64,000 nt of DNA from an uncultured Alphaproteobacteria bacterium. Lineage in GTDB: Bacteria; Pseudomonadota; Alphaproteobacteria; CAAHEQ01; UBA3637. Shown here piece by piece: positions 10,748 to 21,865 of the stretch. The stretch covers positions 14,382 to 78,381 of the forward strand of contig CASEYR010000008.1 in the NCBI GenBank assembly GCA_949292205.1. The letters run 5' to 3'. The notes below the pieces were generated by a model. It was not told the origin of the DNA, ran no database searches, and saw only the letters and a program-made list of their open reading frames with translations. Within the stretch, counting starts at the first letter, position 1. Each line of letters starts with the position of its first letter. The position numbers were made by a program, and so were the translations under genes.

Positions 10748-12424
10748 ATGCCTGCCTATCAATATATTTATGTTATGAAAGATTTATGCAAAACTTTTCC
10801 CGGCGGAAAGGAAGTTTTGAAACATATTTGGCTTTCATTTTTTCCCGGAGCTAAAATCGGCGTCTTGGGACCCAATGGGGCAGGAAAATCAACTTTATTA
10901 AAAATCATGGCCGGTTTGGATCAAGATTTTACGGGTGAAGCTTGGGCTGCAGACGGGGTAAAGGTTGGCTATTTACCACAAGAGCCACAACTGGATCCAA
11001 CAAAAAACGTTATGGAAAACGTGATGGACGGCGTCGGTGAAATTCGTGATTTGATGAAACGGTATGAAGAAGTTAATCAAGCCTTCTGTGATCCGGATGC
11101 AGATATGGATAAACTATTGGCAGAACAGGCCGAGCTGCAGGAAAAAATTGATGCTTGCAATGGGTGGGAAATTGAACGAACGATTGAAATTGCCATGGAT
11201 GCCTTGCGTTGTCCGCCCAGTGATGCCGACGTTACCAAGTTATCCGGTGGCGAAAAAAGACGCGTTGCTCTGTGTCGGTTATTATTATCAAAACCCGATA
11301 TGCTTTTATTGGACGAACCGACAAACCACTTGGACGCCGAATCAATCGCTTGGTTACAAACCTATCTAAAAAATTACAGCGGTACCGTTGTTATGATTAC
11401 GCATGACCGTTACTTTTTGGATAATGTAACAGGCTGGATTTTGGAAATGGATCGCGGTGAAGGTATTCCGTATGAAGGAAACTATACAAGTTGGCTTGAA
11501 CAAAAACAAAAACGACTGGAACAAGAACAAAACGCCGAAAAGAACCGCCAAAAAACATTAGCCGAGGAATTAGAGTGGGTTCGCCAATCTCCCAAAGCTC
11601 GTCAAGCAAAATCCAAAGCGCGTATTACGGCTTATGAAGAGTTATTGAAAAAATCAAATGAAAAAGCACCTGAAACGGCTCAAATCATTATCCCACCCGG
11701 TCCTCGCTTGGGAGATTTGGTTTTGAAAGCCGAACACTTACGAAAAGCATTTGGTGACAAATTATTATTTGATGATTTAAGCTTTAACTTACCCGCAGGT
11801 GGTATTGTCGGCGTTATTGGTCCGAACGGAGCCGGAAAGACAACACTCATGCGTATTATTACGGGACAAGAACAACCTGATGAAGGTTCTTTCCGTATCG
11901 GAGAAACCGTTAAACTGGGGTATGTTGATCAATCTCGTGATAGTTTGGATCCCAACAAAACGGTTTGGCAAGAAATATCCGGCGGATTGGATATTCTGAC
12001 GTTAGGGAAGCGAGAAGTCAACTCACGTTCCTACGCCTCTCAATTTAACTTCAAGGGCGCAGATCAACAAAAGAAAGTCGGCGTTCTATCCGGCGGAGAG
12101 CGTAATCGTGTTCATATGGCAAAGATGTTAAAATCCGGAGCAAATGTTCTTTTGTTGGACGAACCGACAAATGACTTGGATGTAGATACCTTACGAGCAT
12201 TAGAGGAAGCTTTAATGGACTTTCCGGGATGTGCTGTTATAACCTCGCATGATCGTTGGTTTTTGGACAGATTGGCAACACATATTTTAGCTTTTGAGGG
12301 CGACAGTCGTGTCGTTTTCTTTGAAGGAAACTATGCAGAGTACGAAGCGGATAAACACCGTCGTCTGGGAACAGATGCCGATCAACCCCATCGCATTAAG
12401 TTCAAACCGATTGAACGGAATTAA
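10748..12424 (+). CDS. ettA: Energy-dependent translational throttle protein EttA (ABC-F)
   Basis: [42 protein letters not shown] linker, two ABC domains. Confidence 0.97.
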   Translation: MPAYQYIYVMKDLCKTFPGGKEVLKHIWLSFFPGAKIGVLGPNGAGKSTLLKIMAGLDQDFTGEAWAADGVKVGYLPQEPQLDPTKNVMENVMDGVGEIRDLMKRYEEVNQAFCDPDADMDKLLAEQAELQEKIDACNGWEIERTIEIAMDALRCPPSDADVTKLSGGEKRRVALCRLLLSKPDMLLLDEPTNHLDAESIAWLQTYLKNYSGTVVMITHDRYFLDNVTGWILEMDRGEGIPYEGNYTSWLEQKQKRLEQEQNAEKNRQKTLAEELEWVRQSPKARQAKSKARITAYEELLKKSNEKAPETAQIIIPPGPRLGDLVLKAEHLRKAFGDKLLFDDLSFNLPAGGIVGVIGPNGAGKTTLMRIITGQEQPDEGSFRIGETVKLGYVDQSRDSLDPNKTVWQEISGGLDILTLGKREVNSRSYASQFNFKGADQQKKVGVLSGGERNRVHMAKMLKSGANVLLLDEPTNDLDVDTLRALEEALMDFPGCAVITSHDRWFLDRLATHILAFEGDSRVVFFEGNYAEYEADKHRRLGTDADQPHRIKFKPIERN

Positions 12425-12464
12425 AATAAAATAATCATTTAAAAACAAAAAGGTCATTTCCCCC

Positions 12465-14063
12465 ATGATTCATTTTTGGTTCAGCTTTGGCTATATTGCC
12501 ACAATTGCATTTTTACCGCTACTATATGTATCGGCTAAAACCGTTACCTTTGAAAAAATAAAGGATATTTCTTTTTTACGTTTATTATGTAAAGATTTTA
12601 TCCGAACCCTTCCCGTCTGCTGTCTGATGATGATACCGATTTGTATCTATCCACCGATAACGCGTTGGTATCTTGGAGCGCTTCAGATTATATTTATGCC
12701 ACTAATGTTTGCCGAGCTGGGACATATTTATCTATTCGGAACACGTATCGGATTAAATACCTTTTTTACCTTTTTTGTTTCCAATATAAAAGAAACACGT
12801 GAATTTGTCAGTCAAAATATCCCTTCCATTTTATACATTGGCTTTACCTGCTTTTTCTTGATGCCATTCATCATCATTGCCAACATGCCGATTCCGATAT
12901 TCCAAAGTCTGTTCCTGCAAGTTCTTACCGTGCTTATTTTAAGCGCTTGTTCTTTTCCGTTTGTCCGTAATTTGGGACGTCGTTGGCCGAAATTTAAAGA
13001 TGCTTATATTTTAAATCCTTACAGTAATATCTTTTACCATTACTATGAGTATAAGAAAAACTATCAGGCTTTAAAACAAAAAATCGCAGAATATAGCGCT
13101 TCGGATTTTCCTAAAATCACATCGACTCTTTCCACCGATACACCACAAACATATATTATCGTTATCGGAGAATCTGCCAATAGAATGCATCATTCTTGGT
13201 ATGGATATGCCAGACGAACAAATGAATTTACCGAAACAATAAAAGACGAGCTTCTTATTTTTCCGAATGTCCGTTCTCCTTTTTCGCAAACAATGCCGTC
13301 TTTAGAGAGGACTTTAAGTTTTGCTGATTCAGATAACCCGAATTACCTCTATGAAAAAGGCAACATCATTGATTATTTTAAACAGGCTGGATTTAAAACC
13401 TATTGGTTATCTAATCAATACGCTTTGGATGATACAATCATCACGGCAATGGCTTCTCATGCTGATTATAGCAAGTACTTTAACTTCAGTGGTATGAAAC
13501 GCTTTGAAAAAGCGGGATTAGATGAAGCTATGCTACCGGATATTCAGAAAATCATTCAAAATGATGAAGCAAAAAAAGTCATCTTTGTCCATTTAATCGG
13601 ATCACATTCGGCTTATGTCAATCGCTATCCATCAGAGTTTAAGCACTTTACGGATACACTACCCGACAAAAAACTATCAGCGACAAATTATCAATTATTG
13701 AACGCCTATGATGATTCCATTCGATATACCGACTCAATTATCAGTCGTATCATCCAAATGTTGAAAAACAAAAGCGGTGTACAGTATATGCTATATTTTT
13801 CAGATCATGGAGAAGACATTTTTGATTCGACAACCGAAAGAATTTTAGGACACTCTGAACTAGCTAACGAGCCGATGACGGCGGTTCCGTTTATTTTGTG
13901 GCTATCGCCCACTCTGAAAAAATTACGTTCGGATATTATTCAACGTGCTGAAGAATCAAAAACAAGCTATAATCTGCAAGATGCCATTCATACAATTATT
14001 GATATTTCATCACTTAATAATACGGACTTTCATCCTGAAAAAAGTATTTTAACAAAAGACTGA
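12465..14063 (+). CDS. Phosphoethanolamine transferase (EptA/CptA-like, sulfatase fold)
   Basis: N-terminal TM helices, IVIGESA, YGY.R.TN, catalytic Thr in SQTMPSL, HLIGSH, YDDSIRYTD, YFSDHGE. Confidence 0.9.
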   Translation: MIHFWFSFGYIATIAFLPLLYVSAKTVTFEKIKDISFLRLLCKDFIRTLPVCCLMMIPICIYPPITRWYLGALQIIFMPLMFAELGHIYLFGTRIGLNTFFTFFVSNIKETREFVSQNIPSILYIGFTCFFLMPFIIIANMPIPIFQSLFLQVLTVLILSACSFPFVRNLGRRWPKFKDAYILNPYSNIFYHYYEYKKNYQALKQKIAEYSASDFPKITSTLSTDTPQTYIIVIGESANRMHHSWYGYARRTNEFTETIKDELLIFPNVRSPFSQTMPSLERTLSFADSDNPNYLYEKGNIIDYFKQAGFKTYWLSNQYALDDTIITAMASHADYSKYFNFSGMKRFEKAGLDEAMLPDIQKIIQNDEAKKVIFVHLIGSHSAYVNRYPSEFKHFTDTLPDKKLSATNYQLLNAYDDSIRYTDSIISRIIQMLKNKSGVQYMLYFSDHGEDIFDSTTERILGHSELANEPMTAVPFILWLSPTLKKLRSDIIQRAEESKTSYNLQDAIHTIIDISSLNNTDFHPEKSILTKD

Positions 14064-14097
14064 TGATTTTACCTGTAAGTATCCCCATATAGGGTAT

Positions 14098-14592
14098 ATG
14101 ATTTATGTAAATGATCTGATGCAACAGGGATACTCTTATCAATTAACCGCACCTATGGGGGCAGATTTTGATCTTGACTTTAAACCGGAATTAACGCCAA
14201 AGGAAATGCTTCAAATGGGCGTGTTCGAAGGAAAATATATGAATGATTGTCAAGATGAATTTCCGAAAGATTGGTTTGAAAATGCTCCGCTATCCCCTTT
14301 AAAACCAGATATATCTTGTAATTTTTTCAAGGTTAAATCACGCCAGCCATTATCCGTTTGGAAACAAAAAGGGTGGATTATTGAACCTGATATCCGCGGA
14401 TGGTTTCAATGGTATTGTAGATACTATATGGGACGACGAATCCCAAATATTGATAAAATCCAAATTAAACGATGGCGTTTATTTTACAGACATAAAGCTC
14501 AAATTTTAAAAGGATGTCTTCCTATGGACTTAGAGTGTCGAAAAAGACAGCGACAAGCTCTGTTACAATGGGCATACAATCCTATTTTTTAA
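14098..14592 (+). CDS. Conserved hypothetical protein
   Basis: Trp/Arg-rich, family-like motifs LTPKEML.MGVFEGKY, GWFQWYCRYYMGRR, QIKRW, RQALLQWAY; function unknown. Confidence 0.8.
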   Translation: MIYVNDLMQQGYSYQLTAPMGADFDLDFKPELTPKEMLQMGVFEGKYMNDCQDEFPKDWFENAPLSPLKPDISCNFFKVKSRQPLSVWKQKGWIIEPDIRGWFQWYCRYYMGRRIPNIDKIQIKRWRLFYRHKAQILKGCLPMDLECRKRQRQALLQWAYNPIF

Positions 14593-14707
14593 CTCTTAGA
14601 CTTATCCTTGAAAAAAATGATTTTCTGTCTTTCTCTCTTGACAAATGGATACAATAGTCATACCTGTAAGTTGTTATTCAAAAGACAACAGACAAAGGGG
14701 AGAGTGG

Positions 14708-14839
14708 ATGATGTCGCCGTTTCATATCATGGCAAAAATTCTGTTGTTGGCATGCTGTGGTATCGGTCTCTTTATTTACGCTTTCTTTTATTGGGCAACT
14801 TATCCGTTTAAAGGGGGAAAACATGAATACAAACATTGA
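14708..14839 (+). CDS. Putative 43-aa single-pass membrane peptide
   Basis: ATG after purine-rich SD (AAGGGGAGAG); one hydrophobic helix ILLLACCGIGLFIYAFFYW. Confidence 0.45.
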   Translation: MMSPFHIMAKILLLACCGIGLFIYAFFYWATYPFKGGKHEYKH

Positions 14840-15098
14840 TATGAATGATAACACAAACAAGCTGACACCGGATGAAAAGAAACTGTTAAAATCAGAAATT
14901 AAAAAAGCTTGGTCAGAGTTTCCGGAAGATATGAAGAAATTTATTTTGGAAACAAAAAAAGAAAAATTAAAAGCGTTGTATATGATTGAAGGATGGGCAA
15001 AAGAGAATGGTCATCAAACAATTGTTGATTTAATTTCTCGCAGAATTGCACATAAGGAAGCTAAAATCCAAAAGATGGAAGCCGAATTAAATAAATAA
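14823..15098 (+). CDS. Small helical hypothetical protein (91 aa)
   Basis: ATG after SD AAGGGGG; charged helical sequence MNTNIDMNDNTNKLTPDEKK... Confidence 0.65.
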   Translation: MNTNIDMNDNTNKLTPDEKKLLKSEIKKAWSEFPEDMKKFILETKKEKLKALYMIEGWAKENGHQTIVDLISRRIAHKEAKIQKMEAELNK

Positions 15099-15126
15099 CT
15101 TTTCCGTTTGGAGAAAGGAGAGGACC

Positions 15127-15372
15127 ATGTCATTACCTTCACAGCCGTATCGGAAACAAGATTATGCCTTGGGCAACGGACTTTTCCTTTCCCAACGACA
15201 AGCAAGCGTCTTGCAACAGTTGGGGCAAGGATTATCTAACAAGCAAATCGCGCATAACTTGGGGGTAGCAGAACCGACAATCAAAATGCATGTCAGCGCT
15301 CTGCTTCGTGCTTTCGGGGTTCAAAACCGAGTTCAAGTCTTGTTAAAAGCGAAAGAAAAAGGGTTTATCTAA
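15127..15372 (+). CDS. Stand-alone LuxR/NarL-type HTH regulator
   Basis: LSQRQ..VL..LGQGLSNKQIA..LGVAEPTIKMHVS.LLR.FGVQNR; strong SD AAGGAGAGGA. Confidence 0.9.
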   Translation: MSLPSQPYRKQDYALGNGLFLSQRQASVLQQLGQGLSNKQIAHNLGVAEPTIKMHVSALLRAFGVQNRVQVLLKAKEKGFI

Positions 15373-15390
15373 GTTTCCAAAAGGCAATCA

Positions 15391-15410
15391 AACGGCCTAT
15401 TCAGGCCGTT
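15391..15410. terminator. Hairpin between convergent LuxR gene and mnmG
   Basis: Perfect AACGGCCT-attc-AGGCCGTT stem. Confidence 0.55.
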
Positions 15411-17256
15411 ATTTTCGTTTCAAATAGCCGATAACCGCCGTAGCCGCAGCCGGTGTCATTCCTGTCATCCGCATCATTGCCCCAATCGTTGCGGGCTTTG
15501 TTTTGTTCAGTCGACCGACAATCTCATTGGATAATCCACCGATTTTAGAATAATCCGTATCCAGCGGAATTTTTAATGCCTCATCTTTACGAAAAGCATC
15601 TATATCTAATTTTTGACGTGCCAAATACCCCTGATAGCGCCCCTCTATTTCCAGTTGTTCGGCAACATCTTGCGGAATGTTTTTTAAATCAGGCCAAACC
15701 GTTGTAAGTCTTTGCCAATCAACGCCTTGATAGGATAACATATCAAACGGTGTCCGCTTTTGTCCGTCCGAATTAACGGCGAAGCCAAAATCTTGAAGTT
15801 CTTTCGGCGTATATACCATTGACTTTATCTGATTGCGAGCCCGATCTAACATCTGCTTTTTATTTTTAAATGCCTCGGCTCGTTCCAGACCGACGCACCC
15901 AACCTCTATCCCTTTTTCAGTTAACCTCAAATCAGCATTATCTGCACGCATGGTCAAGCGATATTCGGCTCGAGAAGTAAACAACCGATATGGTTCATCA
16001 ACGCCCGATGTCGTAATATCATCTATCATCACACCGATATAACTGTCGGCTCTATCCAAAAGCAACGTTTTCCCTGTCTTTAATACCTGTAACGCCGCAT
16101 TAACACCGGCGACTAAGCCTTGACCGGCAGCTTCCTCATATCCTGTTGTTCCGTTAATTTGCCCTGCTAAAAAAAGTCCTGAGACTTTCTTTGTTTCTAA
16201 TGTCGGCTTTAGCTCTCTGGGATCAACATAATCATATTCAATGGCATAAGCATATCTTAAAATCCGAACATGCTCTAACCCCGGAATCGTCCGAATAAAA
16301 GCTTCCTGAACATCCTTTGGCAAAGAAGTGGAAATACCGTTCGGATAAATACTATCTCCGTCCCGAGTTTCCGGCTCTAAAAACACATGATGGCTATCAC
16401 GTCCTTTAAAACGAACTAACTTGTCTTCTATGCTCGGGCAATAGCGAGGTCCAATGGAATGAATTTGCCCGCAATACAACGGAGCTCGATATAAATTATC
16501 CTCAATAATTTTATGTGTTTCGGGTGTCGTATGCGTAATATAGCACGGCATCTGTTGCGGATGAAAGTCATCACTTATAAAAGAAAAAGGACGAGGCGGT
16601 TCATCACCGTCCTGCCGAACACACTTAGACCAATCAATCGTATTCTTATCCAACCGAGCCGGTGTTCCCGTTTTTAAACGACCGATACTTAATCCCAAGC
16701 GTTTTAGTGCCGGCGTTATTCCCAAACTGGCTTCCTCACCGTATCTTCCTCCGGGAATCTGCTCTGGTCCCACATGCATAATACCATTTAAAAAAGTCCC
16801 CGTTGTAACGACAATAGCTTTACCATAAACGGATTCACCCGAAGCAACGATACCGATTATTTGGCCTTCTTTTTCAATCAAATCATCGGCCGAGGCCTCC
16901 ATTATATCCAAATTCGGATACGATTGTAAAATCCGCTGCATTTCGGCACAATAAGCTACTTTATCAGCCTGAGCCCGAGGTCCTTGAACAGCAGGGCCTT
17001 TTGAGGCATTCAACATCCGAAATTGAAGTCCTGTCTTATCAATAACACGTCCCATCAAACCGTCCAAGGCATCAATTTCGCGCACAACCGTTCCTTTAGC
17101 CAAGCCACCGATAGCCGGATTACAGGACATATCGGCAATCGTGTTAATATGGTGAGTCACAAGAAGCGTTTTGGCTCCCGTCCGAGCTGAACCGGCAGCA
17201 GCCTCACATCCGGCATGCCCGCCACCGATAACAATAACATCATACTCTTTCATCAT
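15409..17256 (-). CDS. mnmG: tRNA uridine-5-carboxymethylaminomethyl modification enzyme MnmG
   Basis: [44 protein letters not shown]. Confidence 0.98.
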   Translation of the reverse strand: MMKEYDVIVIGGGHAGCEAAAGSARTGAKTLLVTHHINTIADMSCNPAIGGLAKGTVVREIDALDGLMGRVIDKTGLQFRMLNASKGPAVQGPRAQADKVAYCAEMQRILQSYPNLDIMEASADDLIEKEGQIIGIVASGESVYGKAIVVTTGTFLNGIMHVGPEQIPGGRYGEEASLGITPALKRLGLSIGRLKTGTPARLDKNTIDWSKCVRQDGDEPPRPFSFISDDFHPQQMPCYITHTTPETHKIIEDNLYRAPLYCGQIHSIGPRYCPSIEDKLVRFKGRDSHHVFLEPETRDGDSIYPNGISTSLPKDVQEAFIRTIPGLEHVRILRYAYAIEYDYVDPRELKPTLETKKVSGLFLAGQINGTTGYEEAAGQGLVAGVNAALQVLKTGKTLLLDRADSYIGVMIDDITTSGVDEPYRLFTSRAEYRLTMRADNADLRLTEKGIEVGCVGLERAEAFKNKKQMLDRARNQIKSMVYTPKELQDFGFAVNSDGQKRTPFDMLSYQGVDWQRLTTVWPDLKNIPQDVAEQLEIEGRYQGYLARQKLDIDAFRKDEALKIPLDTDYSKIGGLSNEIVGRLNKTKPATIGAMMRMTGMTPAAATAVIGYLKRK

Positions 17257-17259
17257 CTT

Positions 17260-18594
17260 CTACTTTCCGATACAGAAATCCCTAAAAATGACATCTAATA
17301 AATCCTCGGCATCAATCCGACCGGTAATCCGCCCCAAAGCACGCGCTGCCAATCGTAACTCTTCTGCTTTCAATTCTAAATCTGACACGGATAAAGATCG
17401 CGTCAAAGCACGCACACACTCAATCAAGGCCGTCCGATATCGTTCACGCGTAATAACTCCACTATCTCGTCCCCCAAAATCCCGCTCTAAAATAGTCTTT
17501 ATTTGCTTCCATAATTCCGGTATTCCAACACCCGTCTTGGCACTAATACACATAGCATCTGTGGGAACGGAACGCATTAAATCTGCCTTATTCCAAATTG
17601 TTAAAATTGTTTTTGAAGACAAAACATCCGGCAAGGATTCGGATTGAGGATATACCGTTCCATCTTGAACATGCAAAATCAAATCGGCTTCCTCTGCCCT
17701 TTGGACGGCACGACGAATTCCCTCTGTTTCAATTGCTTCCGCCTGCTCTCTTAACCCTGCCGTATCGGCTAAAATAACGGGGAAACCATCAACATCTAAA
17801 TGAGCCTCAACAACATCTCTTGTCGTTCCCGCTGTTTGAGAAACAATAGCCACATCTTTATGAGTCAGCGCGTTAATCAAACTGGACTTACCGACATTCG
17901 GAACGCCGATAATCGCTATTTGGAAGCCCTCACGCAACCTCTCCCCGACACGATTATCATCTAAATGCTTTTGTATAGACTCTAATAACGAGCGAATATC
18001 AGTATCTATACTTGCCAGTTTTTCAGGTGGAATTTCCTCTTCGGGAAAATCAATAAATGCCTCTAAATAAGCCATATGATGACATAACTGATCCCGCCAA
18101 CCATCGTATAGCTGACCTAAACGACCTTCCATTTGCCCTAAGGCTTGAGCTCGCTGACGCTCTGTTTCGGCATTGATTAAATCCAAAAGCCCTTCAGCCT
18201 CTGTCAAATCCATTTTACCGTTGATAACGGCTCGACGTGAAAATTCCCCTCGCTCCGCCGGACGACACTCCGGAATCTCCCCTAAAGCCATCATCAAAGC
18301 TTGAATAACACCTCTCCCGCCATGCACTTGAAATTCAACAACATCTTCCCCTGTAAAACTATGGGGCCCTTTAAAATATAAAATCAAGGCATGATCAATA
18401 ACCGTCCCGTTTGATGCTTGTATCGGTTTAAAATAAGCATACCGAGGCTTTAGATCTTTTAATCCTGTTAACCGCGATAACACCGTTAACACGTTATTTC
18501 CCGATACACGAACAACGGCGACACCACCTTTTCCCAAACCACTGGATAAAGCATAAATCGTATCCGTCAAACAGTACGAAATTCTATCCGTCAT
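17260..18594 (-). CDS. mnmE: tRNA modification GTPase MnmE
   Basis: DTIYALSS, SFTGED, GVPNVGKSSLIN, AGTTRD, DTAGLR, C-terminal FCIGK. Confidence 0.98.
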   Translation of the reverse strand: MTDRISYCLTDTIYALSSGLGKGGVAVVRVSGNNVLTVLSRLTGLKDLKPRYAYFKPIQASNGTVIDHALILYFKGPHSFTGEDVVEFQVHGGRGVIQALMMALGEIPECRPAERGEFSRRAVINGKMDLTEAEGLLDLINAETERQRAQALGQMEGRLGQLYDGWRDQLCHHMAYLEAFIDFPEEEIPPEKLASIDTDIRSLLESIQKHLDDNRVGERLREGFQIAIIGVPNVGKSSLINALTHKDVAIVSQTAGTTRDVVEAHLDVDGFPVILADTAGLREQAEAIETEGIRRAVQRAEEADLILHVQDGTVYPQSESLPDVLSSKTILTIWNKADLMRSVPTDAMCISAKTGVGIPELWKQIKTILERDFGGRDSGVITRERYRTALIECVRALTRSLSVSDLELKAEELRLAARALGRITGRIDAEDLLDVIFRDFCIGK

Positions 18595-19239
18595 TTAGAT
18601 TCCTTCCAGCACTTTCACGAATTGAGCGCGAACAACATCAATATTTAAATTCTTTTCCGAACTGGTTAAAATTACTTCCGGATAACAAGCAACATGTTTT
18701 GAACCGGCTTCTGTCGTCTGTTTTAAAACAGATTCTTTCTCCTCATCGGAAATCTTATCCGCTTTTGTCAAAACGATTTGATAACTGACTGCGGCAGAGT
18801 CAAGCATTTTCATAATGTTTTCATCAACTTGCTTTATTCCATGTCTGGCATCAATCAACAAAAAAACACGACGCAGCTGAACACGTCCCCGTAAATAAGC
18901 ATGAATCAATCGTGTCCATGTTTGAACCGTCTTTTGAGGCGCCGAAGCATATCCGTATCCGGGTAAATCAACAATAAAAAACTGATTTTTTTGTTCAAAA
19001 AAATTCAATTCCTGTGTTCGCCCAGGTGTATTAGAAGCTCTGGCTAATCCCCTCACTCCCGTCACAGCGTTAATCAAACTGGACTTACCAACATTTGATC
19101 TTCCGGCAAAGGCAAATTCAGGCAAATCACTGACGGGAAGTTGTTCTACCTCTACAACTCCACGATAAAAAACAGGCTTCTGCTCAAATAACACATTTCC
19201 TTTTTTAATCAATTCTGCCCGACTATCTGCATCCGTCAT
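18595..19239 (-). CDS. engB: Ribosome biogenesis GTPase EngB/YihA
   Basis: AGRSNVGKSSLIN, SNTPGRT, DLPGYGYA, TKADK. Confidence 0.96.
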   Translation of the reverse strand: MTDADSRAELIKKGNVLFEQKPVFYRGVVEVEQLPVSDLPEFAFAGRSNVGKSSLINAVTGVRGLARASNTPGRTQELNFFEQKNQFFIVDLPGYGYASAPQKTVQTWTRLIHAYLRGRVQLRRVFLLIDARHGIKQVDENIMKMLDSAAVSYQIVLTKADKISDEEKESVLKQTTEAGSKHVACYPEVILTSSEKNLNIDVVRAQFVKVLEGI

Positions 19240-19240
19240 A

Positions 19241-20908
19241 TCAGACTCCTACTTTTTTCATAATGTATTTTTGTTGTGCAATTGATAGAATATTACTCCA
19301 AGTCCAATAGATAACCAATCCGGCAGCAAAATTACCCAACATGAACGTAAAAATAACCGGCATCATATTCATGATAATCTTTTGATTTTCATCTGTTGAC
19401 GGAGATGGATTCAAACGTTGTTGAATAACCATGGTTAACCCCATCAAAACAGGCCAAACACCAATATTTAAAACACTGGGAATCGGCCAAGGTAAATATC
19501 CGAATGCCGTAAAGACAGAGGACGGATCCGGAACGGACAGGTCTGTAATCCAACCAAAGAAAGGAGCTTGTCGCATCAAAATAGAAACAGACAAAACCTT
19601 ATACAAAGCAAAAAATACGGGAATCTGAATTAACAAAGGCAAACAGCCCGAAGCCGGATTAACTTTATCCCTTTTATACAAATTCATCATTTCCAACTGT
19701 AACTGTTGCTTATTGTCTTTGAATTTTTCTTGTAGCGCCTTAATTTTAGGTTGGATTTTTTTCATTTTTGCCATACTCTCATAGGACTTTGTCGCTATCG
19801 GCAACAATGCAATTCGCAACAAAGTTGCAAAAATCAAAATGGCAACACCCATATTTCCAACCAAAGAATACAAAAATCCCAAGAAATATAAGAATGGCTT
19901 TGTCAAAAAGTAGTACCAGCCAAAATCAATAGATAAATCAAACCGAGGAATTCCGGCATCGGTATATTGATTTAACAGTTGCAACTCTTTTGCACCGGCA
20001 AACAAGCTTGTCGTCTTTATCAGTGTTTCTCCGGGACGAATCGTTTCCGGCTTAGAAACAAAAGAAGCAATATAATCCTCGCCTTTCTTTAAAAAGGACA
20101 TATCCGATGTCATTGATTGATCGGGAACAAAAACAGCCTGCCAATACTTATCCGTAATACCGATCCAACCTCCTTTATTAACGGTTGAAAAAGGCTCATC
20201 ATCCTCTATATCCGTATATTTTTCTTCAACTTCTCGGTTATCGAAAAAGCCAAGAAACCCTTCATGAACAGAGGTTGCTTTGGTCGGAATCGTATCCTTT
20301 TTCCGAATAATTTGACCATTTAAAGTTGCTTGTACTGGTTCTGTTCCATGATTGGTAATTTTATCCGTCACCCGAAACAGATAGGCATCATCCAAAGCCA
20401 CAGTTCTCTCCACCGTAACCAAGCCGTTTGTCCACGTCAGAACAATCGGCGTAAAGGGAGTTAACTCATTTCCGGATACTTGCGGAGCCATACTGGTGTT
20501 TGGGAAATGAGCATCTGAACTAGTCCAATTTAATTGAGTCAAAAAACCTTTATTCAGCAAAGAAACGTATGGACTATTCTCGGCAGTTGTCTCGCGATAT
20601 TGTAGCAAAGAAAGAGAATCAAATTGCGTACCCGCCGCAGATAGTGATCCTGATACAAAGTCATTTTTAAGCGGAACAGTAACATTTTTCAACTCCTGAT
20701 TTTGAGGAGTTACTTGTTGAGCTTTTTGTTCAATCGCAACTCTTGATTCAGAATTCGCGGAAACAGGCTCTAACATAGATACATAAGCTTCCACTTTTTC
20801 CGAACGACTTGGAAAAAACCAATTAAAGCCCATCAAAACACCAATCACCAAAACAAGGGCGATCATCATACTTTTTTGTTCTTGTTTTTCTTGATCCAAA
20901 TGACTCAT
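19241..20908 (-). CDS. yidC: Membrane protein insertase YidC
   Basis: [52 protein letters not shown]. Confidence 0.97.
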   Translation of the reverse strand: MSHLDQEKQEQKSMMIALVLVIGVLMGFNWFFPSRSEKVEAYVSMLEPVSANSESRVAIEQKAQQVTPQNQELKNVTVPLKNDFVSGSLSAAGTQFDSLSLLQYRETTAENSPYVSLLNKGFLTQLNWTSSDAHFPNTSMAPQVSGNELTPFTPIVLTWTNGLVTVERTVALDDAYLFRVTDKITNHGTEPVQATLNGQIIRKKDTIPTKATSVHEGFLGFFDNREVEEKYTDIEDDEPFSTVNKGGWIGITDKYWQAVFVPDQSMTSDMSFLKKGEDYIASFVSKPETIRPGETLIKTTSLFAGAKELQLLNQYTDAGIPRFDLSIDFGWYYFLTKPFLYFLGFLYSLVGNMGVAILIFATLLRIALLPIATKSYESMAKMKKIQPKIKALQEKFKDNKQQLQLEMMNLYKRDKVNPASGCLPLLIQIPVFFALYKVLSVSILMRQAPFFGWITDLSVPDPSSVFTAFGYLPWPIPSVLNIGVWPVLMGLTMVIQQRLNPSPSTDENQKIIMNMMPVIFTFMLGNFAAGLVIYWTWSNILSIAQQKYIMKKVGV

Positions 20909-21156
20909 TTTTCTTTCCTTTTAGATAACGGCGGCGGAACCGGATCATAGCCGGAACCCCCCCATGGATGACATCGCATTAAACGACGAACGGTTAACAT
21001 AGCACCTTTTATCGGTCCATGCAACAAAAAAGCCTCTCGCGCATAGGCTGAACACGTCGGATAAAAACGGCAACAAGGCGTTTTAAACGGAGATATTGCT
21101 ACTTGATAAATTCGAATACACCAACGACAGAGATTCCCGATAATTTTACCAATCAT
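20905..21156 (-). CDS. yidD: Membrane protein insertion efficiency factor YidD
   Basis: [30 protein letters not shown]. Confidence 0.96.
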   Translation of the reverse strand: MIGKIIGNLCRWCIRIYQVAISPFKTPCCRFYPTCSAYAREAFLLHGPIKGAMLTVRRLMRCHPWGGSGYDPVPPPLSKRKEK

Positions 21157-21617
21157 ACCTTCTCCTGTTCAACGGAAAAGGAAGAGTTCAGAACAGATTG
21201 GACGGCTTCAATCAAGGTATCTGTTTTTATCTCCTTCTTTTTTTCCCGACTTAATTCGGCAGCCGTTCCTTTTGAAATTTGATGAATGGCATAAGATAAA
21301 TCTGATTTTAGCTTGTTAAACGGGCGATCAAAAGTCGATTTTCGACCGATAAAAACCAAATCGTATCCATCTAATTTTGTTATATCTGAAGATAACCGAA
21401 CAACCTCTCGCAAACGGCGACGAATTCTGTTTCTGACAACGGCACAACCAACTTTTTTTGTAACCGTAAACCCAATTCGAACACCTGGGATTTTCGTAGC
21501 ACAAACCTGAACAATCATTCCCGAAGTGATGACTTTTGTTCCCTTTTCGGCAACATGAAGAAACTGCTTTCTTTTCTTCATTCGAACAGTCTTGAACGAT
21601 GTTTGATCAGTCAACAT
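21153..21617 (-). CDS. rnpA: Ribonuclease P protein component (with C-terminal extension)
   Basis: [25 protein letters not shown] motif; start moved to ATG 21617 after SD AAAGGGA. Confidence 0.95.
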   Translation of the reverse strand: MLTDQTSFKTVRMKKRKQFLHVAEKGTKVITSGMIVQVCATKIPGVRIGFTVTKKVGCAVVRNRIRRRLREVVRLSSDITKLDGYDLVFIGRKSTFDRPFNKLKSDLSYAIHQISKGTAAELSREKKKEIKTDTLIEAVQSVLNSSFSVEQEKV

Positions 21618-21635
21618 ACAAATCCCTTTATTAAA

Positions 21636-21666
21636 GAAAAAAGGCACCGAGCTACTAACCGGTGCC
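21636..21666 (-). terminator. Intrinsic terminator between rpmH and rnpA
   Basis: Minus strand GGCACCG-N10-CGGTGCC followed by T6. Confidence 0.7.
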
Positions 21667-21730
21667 GAATAAATTTAAAACGCTCGCTATCCCTGCTTCT
21701 GCCACATGCATAGCATTTCAGAGCCATTCA

Positions 21731-21865
21731 TTAAGCGCTTAAAACTTTACGTCCCTTGCGACGACGGGCACTTAAAACAGCACGTCCGCCGGCTGTAGCC
21801 ATGCGAGCGCGAAATCCATGCCGACGCGTCCGAACGATTTTACTTGGTTGATATGTACGTTTCAT
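21731..21865 (-). CDS. rpmH: 50S ribosomal protein L34 (not in ORF track)
   Basis: Translates to [44 protein letters not shown]; SD AAGGAG; upstream of rnpA. Confidence 0.98.
   Translation of the reverse strand: MKRTYQPSKIVRTRRHGFRARMATAGGRAVLSARRRKGRKVLSA

Noticed and set aside
15300-15450. Gene-strand switch near mnmG as replication origin or terminus
   Set aside because: No DnaA-box cluster, parS or dif-like site seen; intergenic gap is only 36 nt
21636-21666. Similarity of GGCACCG...CGGTGCC-T6 to a Cas9 tracrRNA 3' hairpin
   Set aside because: Generic terminator after rpmH; no anti-repeat, array or cas9
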